Shown piece after piece: positions 36,497 to 46,353 of a stretch of 53,497 nucleotides of DNA. The notes beneath the pieces are model-generated. The model was not told where the DNA came from. It saw only the letters and a program-made list of their open reading frames with translations, and ran no database searches. Positions within the stretch are counted from its first letter, which is position 1. Every line of letters starts with the position of its first letter. The stretch covers positions 1 through 53,497 of the forward strand of contig CAZYOV010000003.1 in the NCBI GenBank assembly GCA_964649215.1, given 5' to 3'. The stretch comes from an uncultured Dehalococcoidia bacterium. Its GTDB lineage: Bacteria > Chloroflexota > Dehalococcoidia > SM23-28-2 > RBG-16-64-32. A program made the translations under genes and the position numbers.

Positions 36497-38692
36497 ATGA
36501 CTATTGAGCAAGCTGAGATAGCGCAGCCCCTGCTGACAAGGGCGCGCGAGTATCTGCCGTCTTCGGGAGTCGCCAAGGTTCAGGCAGCCTACGAGTTCGC
36601 CGCGAAGTGTCATGCGGGGCAGCTCCGGCGCTCGGGCGATCCTGTCATCACGCACCCGCTGCACGCCGCCCAGACGATCGCCTCGTTGCAGCTGGACGCG
36701 GACACGATAGCCGCCGCGCTGCTGCACGACGTCCAGGAGGACTGCGACGTCAGCAACCAGGAGATCGAGAAGCAGTTCGGCTCCGAGGTGGCGAAGCTGG
36801 TGGAGGGCGTCACCAAGCTGGGCCGGATCCCCTGGGACGCCGCGGACACGAGCGGCGATGACCAGATACAGGCGGAGAACCTGCGCAAGATGTTCCTGGC
36901 GATGGCGCAAGACCTGCGCGTGGTGATCATCAAGCTGGCGGACAGGCTGCACAACATGCTGACCCTGAAAGCACTGCCGCCGCAGGACCAGCTACGCATC
37001 GCCGGAGAGACAATGGAGATATACGCGCCTCTGGCCTCCCGGCTGGGCATCTGGGAGATGAAGTGGCAGCTTGAGGACCTGGCGTTTCACCACCTGCACC
37101 CGGAGCGCTACAAGCTCATCGCCGGCATGCTCGATGCCAAGCGAGCAGTCCGTGAGAGGCACGTCGCGCGGGTGAAGGAGCTCCTGGGAGAAGAGCTAGC
37201 GAGTCAGGGGGTCAGCGCCGAGATACAGGGCCGCGCGAAGCACATCTATAGCATCCACCAGAAGATCGAAAAGTACGCATCCGCCAACAGAGAGGCGGCG
37301 GAGATATACGACCTCCTGGCCGTGCGCATCCTGGTGAACACGGTGACGGACTGCTACAGCGCCCTGGGCGTCGTGCATGGGCTGTGGCGGCCGATGCCAG
37401 GCGCCTTCGACGACTACATCGCCAACCCGAAGGAGAGCATGTACCAGGCTCTCCACACTACGGTCATGAGCTTGGACATGCGGCCGATGGAGGTGCAGAT
37501 CCGCACCAACGAGATGCATCGCAGCGCCGAATACGGGGTGGCGGCCCACTGGCGCTACAAGGAGGGCTCCAAGCGAGACCTGCGCTACGAGGAGCGGCTG
37601 GCCTGGCTGCGCCAACTCCTGGAGTGGCACCGTGAGATCGCCCAGGCGGAGGAGCTGGTGGAGGCGGTGAAGTCCGACATCTTCCAGGACCAGGTGTTCG
37701 TGTTTACGCCCAAAGGCGAGGTGAAGGACCTGCCCAAGGGCGGCACGCCGATCGACTTCGCCTACCGGATTCACACGGACCTCGGGCACATGTGCGTGGG
37801 CGCCAAGGTGAACGGCCGTCTGGTGGCCCTAAACACGGAGCTGAACAACGGCGACGTCGTTGAGGTGATGACGAGCAGATCGTCGAAGGGGCCCCCCAGA
37901 GACTGGCTGAACGCTAACCTGGGCTACATCCGAACCAGTCACGCCCGTGGCAAGATACGGAGCTGGTTCAAGCGCCAGGAGCGCGCGGAGAACATCGTCC
38001 GCGGCCGCGAGATGTTGGATAAGGAGCTTCACCGCCTCGGCGTGAGCATGTCCGAGATCGAGAAGGAGCTGCTGAAGCTGTTCAAGTACGAGGACACGGA
38101 CGACTTTCTGCTACGCGTGGGTTGCGGGGACATCAGCACGCACCAGATCGCGACGAAGCTCGCGCCGCTGCTCCAGCCGGAGGAGAAAGAGGTCACCGCT
38201 GAGCCTCCGCAGGCACCCGCCCGCGCCACCTACACGACGAGCGTGCGCGTACTGGGCACCGGCGACCTGTTGAGCCGACTGGCCCGCTGCTGCAACCCCG
38301 TCCCGGGCGACGAGATCATCGGCTATGTGACGCGGGGAGAGGGCGTGACCATACACCGCAGCGACTGCGGCAACATCCTCAACCAGGAGGAGCGCGAGCG
38401 GCTGGTGGACGTGGAGTGGGGCCAGCGCGGTCATCTCTACCCGGTAGCGGTACGCATAGAGGCCTGGGACCGCGTGGGGCTGCTGCGCGATATCAGCACG
38501 ATGGTGGCGGGGGAACGGGTGAATATGGTGGGCTTCCATACCCAGGAGCAGGACGACGGGCAGATCAGCATTTTCGTCACGCTGGAGACGACCGGCATCG
38601 AGCAGTTGACGCGGCTGCTGAGCAAGCTGGAGGTGGTGCGCGGCGTGCTTGCGGTCGGGCGGCGGCTGGAGAGCTCACCCAAGAAGGCATAG
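36497..38692 (+). CDS. relA: Bifunctional (p)ppGpp synthetase/hydrolase Rel
   Basis: LLHDV.ED (intact HD), GRAKHIYSI, YQALHT, EVQIRT, TGS VFTPKG, ACT C-terminus. Confidence 0.96.
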   Translation: MTIEQAEIAQPLLTRAREYLPSSGVAKVQAAYEFAAKCHAGQLRRSGDPVITHPLHAAQTIASLQLDADTIAAALLHDVQEDCDVSNQEIEKQFGSEVAKLVEGVTKLGRIPWDAADTSGDDQIQAENLRKMFLAMAQDLRVVIIKLADRLHNMLTLKALPPQDQLRIAGETMEIYAPLASRLGIWEMKWQLEDLAFHHLHPERYKLIAGMLDAKRAVRERHVARVKELLGEELASQGVSAEIQGRAKHIYSIHQKIEKYASANREAAEIYDLLAVRILVNTVTDCYSALGVVHGLWRPMPGAFDDYIANPKESMYQALHTTVMSLDMRPMEVQIRTNEMHRSAEYGVAAHWRYKEGSKRDLRYEERLAWLRQLLEWHREIAQAEELVEAVKSDIFQDQVFVFTPKGEVKDLPKGGTPIDFAYRIHTDLGHMCVGAKVNGRLVALNTELNNGDVVEVMTSRSSKGPPRDWLNANLGYIRTSHARGKIRSWFKRQERAENIVRGREMLDKELHRLGVSMSEIEKELLKLFKYEDTDDFLLRVGCGDISTHQIATKLAPLLQPEEKEVTAEPPQAPARATYTTSVRVLGTGDLLSRLARCCNPVPGDEIIGYVTRGEGVTIHRSDCGNILNQEERERLVDVEWGQRGHLYPVAVRIEAWDRVGLLRDISTMVAGERVNMVGFHTQEQDDGQISIFVTLETTGIEQLTRLLSKLEVVRGVLAVGRRLESSPKKA

Positions 38693-38787
38693 GCAGGCCG
38701 CGTGACACCGGGGCCATGCCATCCCGCCGGACCTGACGTATAATAGCGGCGGCCATCACCAAACGTTCAGGGCCAGCGAGGGAGCAT

Positions 38788-39848
38788 ATGCTCGCCAAGG
38801 TCAGCAGTTGCGCCGTCGTCGGCCTCGGCGGGGAGGTCGTCGAGGTCGAAGTCGACATCAGCCAGGGGTTGCCCGCCTTCTCCATCGTCGGCCTTCCCGA
38901 CGCTGCTGTGCAGGAGGCGAAGGAGCGTGTGCGCTCCGCCGTGCGCAACTCCGGCCACGACTTCCCCCTCAAGCGGATAACCGTCAACCTGGCCCCAGCC
39001 GATCTGCGCAAGGAGGGGCCAGCGTATGACCTGCCGATAGCGGTGGGCATCCTCATGGCGTCCGGACAGGTGCCAGCGGCAGATAACGTCGCGGTGTACC
39101 TGGGCGAGCTCTCTCTGGACGGTCAACTCCGGCACACGACCGGTGTGCTGCCCATGGTAGCCCTGGCACGCGACCACGGATTCGAGGCCGTCTTCGTGCC
39201 CGCCGGAGATGCGGCTGAGGCGTCGTTGATCGACGGCGTGCGGGTGATGCCGGTGAGCGCCCTGGGCGACCTAACATCTCACCTGCGGGCCGTTCAACCT
39301 ATCGCCCCTTTCGTGCCGACGGAGCAACGCACATCACCGCAGACCCCCGACGCCGATATCGTCGACTTCCGCCATATCCGCGGCCAGGAACACGTGAAGC
39401 GAGCGCTAGAGGTGGCGGCGGCGGGCGGGCACAACGTTCTGATGACAGGGCCTCCCGGCGCCGGGAAAACGCTTCTCACCCGCGCCATGCCCGGTATCCT
39501 GCCGGCGATGACGCCGCAGGAGGCGCTGGAGGTGACGAAAATCTACAGCGTGGCGGGGCTCCTGCCACAGGACACGCCGATGGTGCGGAGGCGGCCGTTC
39601 CGGGCGCCGCACCATACGGTGTCGCACGCCGGCCTGGTGGGCGGAGGCCGAAACCCCCGGCCGGGCGAGATCACGCTTAGCCATCGCGGGGTCCTGTTCC
39701 TGGACGAGCTGCCGGAGTTCCCGCACTCGGTGCTGGAGTCGATCCGGCAGCCGATGGAGGACGGGGTGGTGACGGTGAGCCGCGCCCAAGGTACGGTGAC
39801 GTTCCCGGCCAACTTCATGATGGTGGCAGCGATGAACCCCTGCCCGTG
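38788..39848 (+). pseudogene. comM: comM/YifB Mg-chelatase-like ATPase, 5' part only, interrupted by an insertion
   Basis: [33 protein letters not shown]; homology ends at AAMNPCP followed by WRN-stop instead of CG. Confidence 0.92.
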
Positions 39849-41413
39849 GAGAAATTAGCTACAGCAGGGAACCTGTACTCGATAATCAGGGTCGCCCGCT
39901 TAGTACCATTGGCCTCCTCGGTCTTCACAGTAATTCGCCGCACGAGGAGGGAGACAATCTCCTGGCGCATGCCATCGTCCACACCTTCGTTCAGCCGCCG
40001 GCGTACCCCCGACAGTAGTTCTTCACTCGGCATGTCCTGGGTAGGGGGTTCGGTCGGCACAAGGTCGGCGAGCCGTCGCCTGAGCGTCTCCTCTTCGTCT
40101 CCGATAGACTCCATCTGCGAATCGAACTCGTCCGCCGTGATGCGGCCGCGTCTGTATACATCGATGATCCGATCGCGCTGACCCGAGATGTTCCCCAGCG
40201 CGTCCTCAACCAACTGTCGTTCGGCTTCCGTGAGCGCAGCCTCGCTGGTCTGGTTAAGCTCCGCCGTGAGTTCCTCGATGATATCTCCCGGCTCTAGCAG
40301 GAATCTCACACAGTCTCCCCAGACCAAAGGCACCAAACAGTCGCCCCTGATCGACTTCGCCTTGCAGCGCCCCTCGTGCTTCCCGCGGCCGACTATCTGG
40401 CCGTTGCACCTGTACCACACGACATTGCGCCCCACGGTCCCGGAGTAGGTAAGCCCACAGAGCCCACAGCGGATTACCGAGCGCAGAACATAGGTCCGCG
40501 TAGCGCCTTTCGCCATAATGCGGTTGCGAGCCAGCGTCTCCTTCGCGGCACCCCACACTTCGGGCGACACCAGCGGCGGCACTGCGGCTACGATGGGCTC
40601 CTGACTGCTGGGACGTGTACGGCGCCGGCCATAGTGATACTCCCCTTTATAGACCGGATTCACCACTAAATTCCGTATTCGGCCGGCCCGCCAGACCCCC
40701 TGTGTGCGCTTCTTCCGTTTGCCAACGCGCTCCTTCACGCAACGGTCGTCCTTCGAGTAGACCGTAGGTACGCCGAGTGCGCTCAGGTGATCAGCGATCT
40801 TGCGACAGCTCCATCCCTCTACCAGCCAGCCGTAAATCTGGATGACAACATCCGCCTCGGTCCATGTCCTCCACATGACGATGTCGCTGGGAACCAGTCG
40901 GGCAGTCTGCTTCTTGCCTTCAACCTTGTACCCAAGGGGAACGATGCCGCCGCAGTAGCGGCCGTCCCTCGCGGCTCGTGCCATGCCCTCAGCCGATTGA
41001 GCAAGGAAGCGCCGCCGGTTGGCTGCACTAACGACGGCATGAATCCCGTAGACAAACCGATCACCGATGGGCTCCGCAATACCAACTAGCTCGACGCCGA
41101 GACCTTCAAGAAGCGCATAGAGTTGGAGAAGGTCGATCTCGTTCCTGCCCAGGCGATCTGGCCTTGTCACCCAGATCTCCGTGAACCTCCCATTCATCGC
41201 GTCCTCAAGCAGGCGCTTGCCCGCAGGTCGCTGATTCATTGGGATCGTGCCCGACACGCCGTCGTCTCGATACCGCCGATACACTCTGACGTTGGGGTGC
41301 ATAGCAAGATAGCGATCGATCACGTCCGTCTGCGTCTTGATGGTCTCGCGCTCCCTCTGGTCGTCGGACGAGACTCGCTCATATATGGCAACCCACCTGA
41401 CCTCATCACTCAT
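39815..41413 (-). CDS. Large serine recombinase (integrase)
   Basis: [11 protein letters not shown] catalytic Ser, [15 protein letters not shown], recombinase domain, CGLCG..YRC Zn ribbon, coiled coil. Confidence 0.95.
   Translation of the reverse strand: MSDEVRWVAIYERVSSDDQRERETIKTQTDVIDRYLAMHPNVRVYRRYRDDGVSGTIPMNQRPAGKRLLEDAMNGRFTEIWVTRPDRLGRNEIDLLQLYALLEGLGVELVGIAEPIGDRFVYGIHAVVSAANRRRFLAQSAEGMARAARDGRYCGGIVPLGYKVEGKKQTARLVPSDIVMWRTWTEADVVIQIYGWLVEGWSCRKIADHLSALGVPTVYSKDDRCVKERVGKRKKRTQGVWRAGRIRNLVVNPVYKGEYHYGRRRTRPSSQEPIVAAVPPLVSPEVWGAAKETLARNRIMAKGATRTYVLRSVIRCGLCGLTYSGTVGRNVVWYRCNGQIVGRGKHEGRCKAKSIRGDCLVPLVWGDCVRFLLEPGDIIEELTAELNQTSEAALTEAERQLVEDALGNISGQRDRIIDVYRRGRITADEFDSQMESIGDEEETLRRRLADLVPTEPPTQDMPSEELLSGVRRRLNEGVDDGMRQEIVSLLVRRITVKTEEANGTKRATLIIEYRFPAVANFSTGRGSSLPPS
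39830..39865. mobile_element. Probable host/element junction (att site) of the comM-integrated element
   Basis: Host-like sequence ends at ..AACCCCTGCCCGTG (39848), then AT-richer GAGAAATTAGC. Confidence 0.8.
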
Positions 41414-41610
41414 CGTCTCAGCTCCTCTGTCCTGCCCGGCGGCACCTTCGGGAGCCCGAGGACAACCCTCAATGCCGCCAGCATCGCGTTTCGGTCAGGT
41501 GTGTATGAACGCTCTACTTGGAGGCTGTTAGCAAGTCCCTCGGCCTTCCTCTTGGGCGAGGGATCTCCCGCATTGGAGTTCCCTGTCTTGCGATTGTTGT
41601 CGTCCTGCAT
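41410..41610 (-). CDS. Small protein coupled to the integrase; possible directionality factor
   Basis: 66 aa, ends in YTPDRNAMLAALRVVLGLP; ATGA overlap with the integrase start. Confidence 0.55.
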   Translation of the reverse strand: MQDDNNRKTGNSNAGDPSPKRKAEGLANSLQVERSYTPDRNAMLAALRVVLGLPKVPPGRTEELRR

Positions 41611-41786
41611 TGAGAAACCCCCGAGAGGCCCGGCCTGGCAGCTTGGCGCTCATCGGGGGTTATGCGATTTGTGCGTATCCAATCGCGCCAGGCCGGGACC
41701 TCAATGGTCCTTCACGTGCAAGGCGTGAAAAACGGGGGAACGATGTGACTTTCGAGGGAACACCAGCCTCGTGGCCAGCGTAATAT

Positions 41787-43070
41787 TCAGAAAACCCAGT
41801 TCATCGGGCTATCCGGACGGTAGGAGCAAAAGACTCCGGTCTTGATAGTATTGCTAAGAAGTTGACCAAGAGCTTCGTCCTCGCGCCGGATTCGCCTCAC
41901 CGCCATATTGATCTGCTTCGTAACGTTCACCCGGGCTCGCTCAACAGGGGACTTGCCCTCCCTACGTCTTCCGCCGAGACCCTTCCCTCGCGTAAGCTCC
42001 CGTGCTACCGTTTGCATCTCCTCTTCGATGTCGGTAGCCCGATCGACGTCGCCGAGCTCCTTCGCTTCATCAAGCTGTTCTTGAAGGGCGCGGAGAGTAG
42101 CCCTGTATTCCAGCAGCGCCCGTTCGTCCGGCGTATCCCCGGCATCGCCAAGGGCACCGACAGATAGGCGGTTTTCCGCGAGTTGTCGCTCGGTCGTGCT
42201 CCCTGCGACGTCGTTAGCAACAGGGGAGCCTCCTCGCTCAACGAGCGAAACGAGATCCAACGCGTGAAAGTCTTGCTCCGGGCTGCGCAGCAGATAGGCG
42301 AGATAATGGAGGCCTTTGCTACTTCGAAGTCGAAACTCCGCTCCCCGGTGCCCGATGGTCCAATAGTCGCCCTCTTTCCGAAACGCGTAGCCCGCGCCGC
42401 CAGTGTCGCTCGCATGTACCGTCAGAGCCGTCTCCAGCGCGTCCTGCTCAAGCTCTAGTCGGCCTCCAGTGAAAGCGACTAGCCGGGAGAGGGAGCATAT
42501 GACCGAGCCATCCATGACGTCTCCCGCTGGCACTTCGGACAACGCGAGGAGGACGGGCAGTCTGTAGCTGTCGCGGCGCAGCCTCACGCCGATGACTTCC
42601 TTTGCGTCTGGCCATACCAGCCCCCGCGCCAATAACATGCTCATGGCCTGCCCAGCAAGACTGGCCTTGCCGAGGAACCACAAGCGCGAGCGCACCACCT
42701 CCCGTGCAGGCTGCCGGATTGACAGACACCCGGCAACCATCTCGCCAAGCTTCAGGATGTCGAGCCGCCAGCGCCTGAGCCGCTCCAGATTCACGGGCAC
42801 ACGCCCAACTTCCGGGCAGGTGATATACGCCCTCGCGTCCGCGTCAGCGCCCGACTTCAGCAGCTCGGGCTCCTCCCAATGGCCCTCGGCACACCCGTCG
42901 CACATCACCGTAGGGCTTGGCTGAGCAGGATTAAGAAGGCCCGATTCCAGACAGGGAATCAGGCTGGCCTGCGGCCACTGACGCATCTCGTCAGCCGTGA
43001 AGAGTTCGGCGCCCGCCAAGCCCGAATCAGAGCGGTAGAGAATCTCGCGCAGGAGATCGGCGTCTCTCAC
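41787..43070 (-). CDS. Hypothetical protein: Cys-cluster N domain plus C domain like those of large AAA transcriptional regulators
   Basis: CDGCAEGH..YITCPE; FRKEGDYWTI..KGLHYLAYLL..ERARVNVTK..IKTGVFCSY; GTG overlaps the upstream TGA. Confidence 0.6.
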   Translation of the reverse strand: MRDADLLREILYRSDSGLAGAELFTADEMRQWPQASLIPCLESGLLNPAQPSPTVMCDGCAEGHWEEPELLKSGADADARAYITCPEVGRVPVNLERLRRWRLDILKLGEMVAGCLSIRQPAREVVRSRLWFLGKASLAGQAMSMLLARGLVWPDAKEVIGVRLRRDSYRLPVLLALSEVPAGDVMDGSVICSLSRLVAFTGGRLELEQDALETALTVHASDTGGAGYAFRKEGDYWTIGHRGAEFRLRSSKGLHYLAYLLRSPEQDFHALDLVSLVERGGSPVANDVAGSTTERQLAENRLSVGALGDAGDTPDERALLEYRATLRALQEQLDEAKELGDVDRATDIEEEMQTVARELTRGKGLGGRRREGKSPVERARVNVTKQINMAVRRIRREDEALGQLLSNTIKTGVFCSYRPDSPMNWVF

Positions 43071-44284
43071 GCGCCCTGTAGTTCGCTGGTGCTCTGGACG
43101 ACGTCGATGCCCGAGTCCGCCAGCATCTTCCGGATTAAGGCATCCCTCCCATCCTGTGCTAACGCACAGGAGTTGGGGTACGAAATCTGGAATGTCCTCG
43201 TTCGCCGACCCCGCTTTCCGTCCGGCTCGAAGTGAACCTGGATGCCTGCCAGGGTAACATTTACTAGCGCGAGGGGAATCTTCCGACATGTGTCACACCT
43301 CGGCCCGTCGGCAGTCTGCACGACCTCGTCTAGTAGGTCGTACACAGCCGCCCTGTTCATAGACGGGTCATCTTCGAGTGTGATTCGCCTACCGGCACCA
43401 AGGGTGGACAGCCGAAGTTTCTTCACCCGCACGTCTCGGATGCCCGAGATGGGCTCGTAGATGAACTGGAAGTCACGCCGTTTGAGCCCGTTGAGCTCGT
43501 ACACCCTCTCATCCCTCACGGGATCGCCCAACTCAGTATTCAAGATGACGCGGGCAAAGACTTCTTGGAGGTCCTGCACCTTCTTCTTTGGCCCTTCTAG
43601 GAAAATGTCAAGCGTCCCGGCATTCTGCGCGTAAACGAAGATGATCTCGAAGGCAGGTCGATGCGGACGGCGCGCCAGTCCGCTAGCTTCCCATTCAATG
43701 CTCGTCCTGCCGTAGTCCGCTAGGTAGACGAAGAAATATTCACGGTCACCCCGCCTGTAGACGTCGATCTTGCATGAGTGACCGCGACCCTCACGTTCCC
43801 GGAAGTAGAAGCTGATCGCCTGCTCAAACTTCGAAATATTCGCTTCGTCAACAGATGGTGGCACCTGCGGGACACCCTTGCGCTTGCGCCAGTATCGAGC
43901 CGGCAGGTTGTCCGCGTCACTAAACCGGAGTGCCACGTCAAAGACTTCTCTTCGCTCCAGAAACGCCCAGAAGGCCCGATCATAGAACCCATCCATCTCG
44001 GCGAACAGGGGCTCTAGATCCTGGTCGTGAAAGCGCGCCTCCTCTAGGAGCGTCCGGGTTCCAGCCTCGTTGGCCAGAGCCTCGATATTGCGGAAGTTAG
44101 CATCCACCTGCGTGCGCACCTCGGCTGGCAAGTCGTTCCAGGCATCGTATACTGGGTCGATGGCCGTTTCGTCGAGTGCGGCTATGTTGACTTCAGCCAA
44201 CACCCCCTGCCCATCAAAGTAGCGTGCGAGCAGACCATTCGGCGCCTGGCGGAGAAACGCCTTCGGAGAGTATTGGGTAGTCAT
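43067..44284 (-). CDS. Hypothetical protein
   Basis: Uninterrupted ORF of about 405 aa from MTTQYSPKAFLRQ, coupled to the next gene; no family recognised. Confidence 0.7.
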   Translation of the reverse strand: MTTQYSPKAFLRQAPNGLLARYFDGQGVLAEVNIAALDETAIDPVYDAWNDLPAEVRTQVDANFRNIEALANEAGTRTLLEEARFHDQDLEPLFAEMDGFYDRAFWAFLERREVFDVALRFSDADNLPARYWRKRKGVPQVPPSVDEANISKFEQAISFYFREREGRGHSCKIDVYRRGDREYFFVYLADYGRTSIEWEASGLARRPHRPAFEIIFVYAQNAGTLDIFLEGPKKKVQDLQEVFARVILNTELGDPVRDERVYELNGLKRRDFQFIYEPISGIRDVRVKKLRLSTLGAGRRITLEDDPSMNRAAVYDLLDEVVQTADGPRCDTCRKIPLALVNVTLAGIQVHFEPDGKRGRRTRTFQISYPNSCALAQDGRDALIRKMLADSGIDVVQSTSELQGA

Positions 44285-44416
44285 GACTCCCTGCCAATCG
44301 TAGATATATGAACGTGCGTAAGCCTTTAACCCCCCGCGCCGCGATGACATAATAGCATATAGCGCGAGATGGTCAATGCTGTGGTGACGCGTGTCAGCAG
44401 AACGGGGGGTTGCTGC

Positions 44417-45352
44417 CTAGACTCCCAGCGCTTCGGCCACCTTCCCCCAGCCTCGATCCTCCTGGCCTTCCAGCCGGCGCAAGTAGACAGTCGTAACCTG
44501 GAGAGAACTGTGGTCCAGGAACCGGCTGACGTCCTCCACCGACTCGCCTGCGTCGCGCCGCAGCTTGGCGGCCGCGTGCCGCAGGATATGGACGCCGGCG
44601 GGCGGAAGGCCTGCGGCCACGAGGTAGCGCTTCAGGCTGGCGTAGAACGTCCCATCCGTGATTCCAGCACGGTTCCTTGAGGGGTGGTGCGACGGCCATA
44701 GCGACTCATCCGAGTCCATCGCCGCCAGGCTCTTGCCCCTGACCGCCAGCGCAGTTTCAATCGCATCGAATGCCGGACGTGGCAGCTCGCGCTTTGCCCG
44801 TTTCCCGCCCTTGCCGCGATACGTGTAGAACAGCCCACCCGTCGTCGAGATGTCGCCGGCTTTAAGGTTCAGAATCTCGGAGCGGCGCCGCCCGGTGAGC
44901 ACGAGCGTCAGCGCGATCGCCCGGTCCCGAAGGCCCCCTGGCGTCTCGGGGATGGCCGACAGCAAGCGCCTGATCTCCTCAGCGCTCAGCCCCCGTGGCG
45001 GAGCAGGACTCACCCGGGGCCGCTCGATCTCGTCACAGGGGTTTGAAGACACAATCTTCATGCGGATCAGGAACCGGTAGAACGAGCTGACGCAGGCGAG
45101 GCGAGCGCCGATGGTGACCAGGGCGGGCTCGCGTCCCGAAGGCCCTCGGCCGTGCGCGAAGGCGAATACATTCTGGCTGGTGATCTGGTCCGGCGGCTTC
45201 CCGAGCGTCCCGAAGAAGCGCTGTAGCGTCCGCGAGTAGGCGTCTACTGTGCGCCTCGATCCGCTCCGCCGCTCCTTCTCGGCGAGGAAGGCGTAGAAGG
45301 CCTGTTCCCAGTCCGCAATCGTGTCATTGAATAGTACAATGTCGCTAGCCAT
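44417..45352 (-). CDS. XerC/XerD-like tyrosine recombinase
   Basis: SAM-like N domain; catalytic TGRRRSE (R), GKGGK (K), HILRH, LDH, TTVY (Y); GGAGGAG SD. Confidence 0.93.
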   Translation of the reverse strand: MASDIVLFNDTIADWEQAFYAFLAEKERRSGSRRTVDAYSRTLQRFFGTLGKPPDQITSQNVFAFAHGRGPSGREPALVTIGARLACVSSFYRFLIRMKIVSSNPCDEIERPRVSPAPPRGLSAEEIRRLLSAIPETPGGLRDRAIALTLVLTGRRRSEILNLKAGDISTTGGLFYTYRGKGGKRAKRELPRPAFDAIETALAVRGKSLAAMDSDESLWPSHHPSRNRAGITDGTFYASLKRYLVAAGLPPAGVHILRHAAAKLRRDAGESVEDVSRFLDHSSLQVTTVYLRRLEGQEDRGWGKVAEALGV

Positions 45353-45392
45353 GTTCTCCTCCAATCTCGAAGTCAGACGTAGCTTCGCTCCT

Positions 45393-45432
45393 ACACACAC
45401 GAAGTCAAGTCCAATTCGTACTTAGTGGCACC
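45393..45432. other. Putative recombination site A (degenerate dif-like)
   Basis: Arm TTAGTGGCACC (45422-45432); GTCAAG at 45404-45409 equals the spacer of site B. Confidence 0.55.
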
Positions 45433-45435
45433 CTG

Positions 45436-45972
45436 ATGGCAGATCTCGGCCTGGCACGACGCATCGAGGCTCGATCTACGGGACAAGCCGGGCAACGCGA
45501 GTTCCGGCTCTGGGTCAACGGCGCCCGTCGGGAATTCGCGAGGCTGAAACTGGAGAAGGAGCACTTGCTCGGCCTACGGATGGCTATCCATAGAGTGTTG
45601 TCAAAGGCCAATGCGCCAGCCTCGCCTCCGGACAAATCGCTGGACGACTTCCCGGCAGTGCCCGGCTATGACTTCGTGGTGGGCCGTTTGGCGGTTGGCT
45701 TCTCGGAGGCTGATGGCACCATAGTCCTCGAAGTAGACGAGGTTGCGCCGGAGGAAGAGAAGAGCCCCTTTACTTTGCAATTTCGCTTCAGCCGCTCTCA
45801 GGCGGCCGATCTGGCCCGCGAGATAGACGACATCATTGCGGCTGGCCGGCCACCGTGCCGGCTTTGCAGCCAGCCGGTTGACCCCGCCGGCCATATCTGC
45901 GTCAGGACCAACGGCCACACGCCACAGCCGATTCCAGAACAACCTAGCGCGGAGGAGGACGACAAACACTAA
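45436..45972 (+). CDS. DUF3090-family protein
   Basis: TGQAGQREFRL, LKLEKEHL, GRPPCRLCSQPVDPAGHICVRTNGH. Confidence 0.85.
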   Translation: MADLGLARRIEARSTGQAGQREFRLWVNGARREFARLKLEKEHLLGLRMAIHRVLSKANAPASPPDKSLDDFPAVPGYDFVVGRLAVGFSEADGTIVLEVDEVAPEEEKSPFTLQFRFSRSQAADLAREIDDIIAAGRPPCRLCSQPVDPAGHICVRTNGHTPQPIPEQPSAEEDDKH

Positions 45973-45989
45973 GTCAAGTTAGTGGCAAC
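45962..45989. other. Putative recombination site B (dif-like, 11+6+11)
   Basis: ACAAACACTAA-GTCAAG-TTAGTGGCAAC; contains the DUF3090 stop codon. Confidence 0.72.
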
Positions 45990-46020
45990 AACGTGAGATT
46001 GCGCAGGCGCCTGAAAAGAC

Positions 46021-46046
46021 AAGGCCTCCCGTCGAAGGGAGGCCTT
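46021..46046 (+). terminator. Perfect hairpin, possible terminator
   Basis: AAGGCCTCCC-GTCGAA-GGGAGGCCTT, short U tail only. Confidence 0.45.
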
Positions 46047-46353
46047 CTAGGCCCTCAGGAGGTGCGCTGGAACCCCCTGCTCGCTATGTCGCACCGGCGA
46101 GTGCCCGAGCCTCTGGCTCTGTCCTCCAGCGCTTACGCTAACGGCCTATCGGATACTTCATGCCGATTAATACGGCGGCTCGGGTACGGCGAACAGGAAA
46201 TACGCGCCCAAGCGCATCACCTCCTCTTCACCAAGTATACCCGGGGGCCGGACAAAGCACACAGCGATCCCATTTGAGTCCTTCGAGTACAATAGCCGTG
46301 AAGAAAGCGCCGACGAGCGAAGTCACTGGAACGTCAGGCATCCTTGCTTTCCT

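Noticed and set aside
45952-45979. Site B read as the chromosomal dif (CTAAGTCAAGT resembles the actinobacterial XerD arm TTATGTCAAGT)
   Set aside because: The matching left arm would be GAGGAGGACGA, which is unlike a XerC arm; the symmetric register fits better and recurs at C
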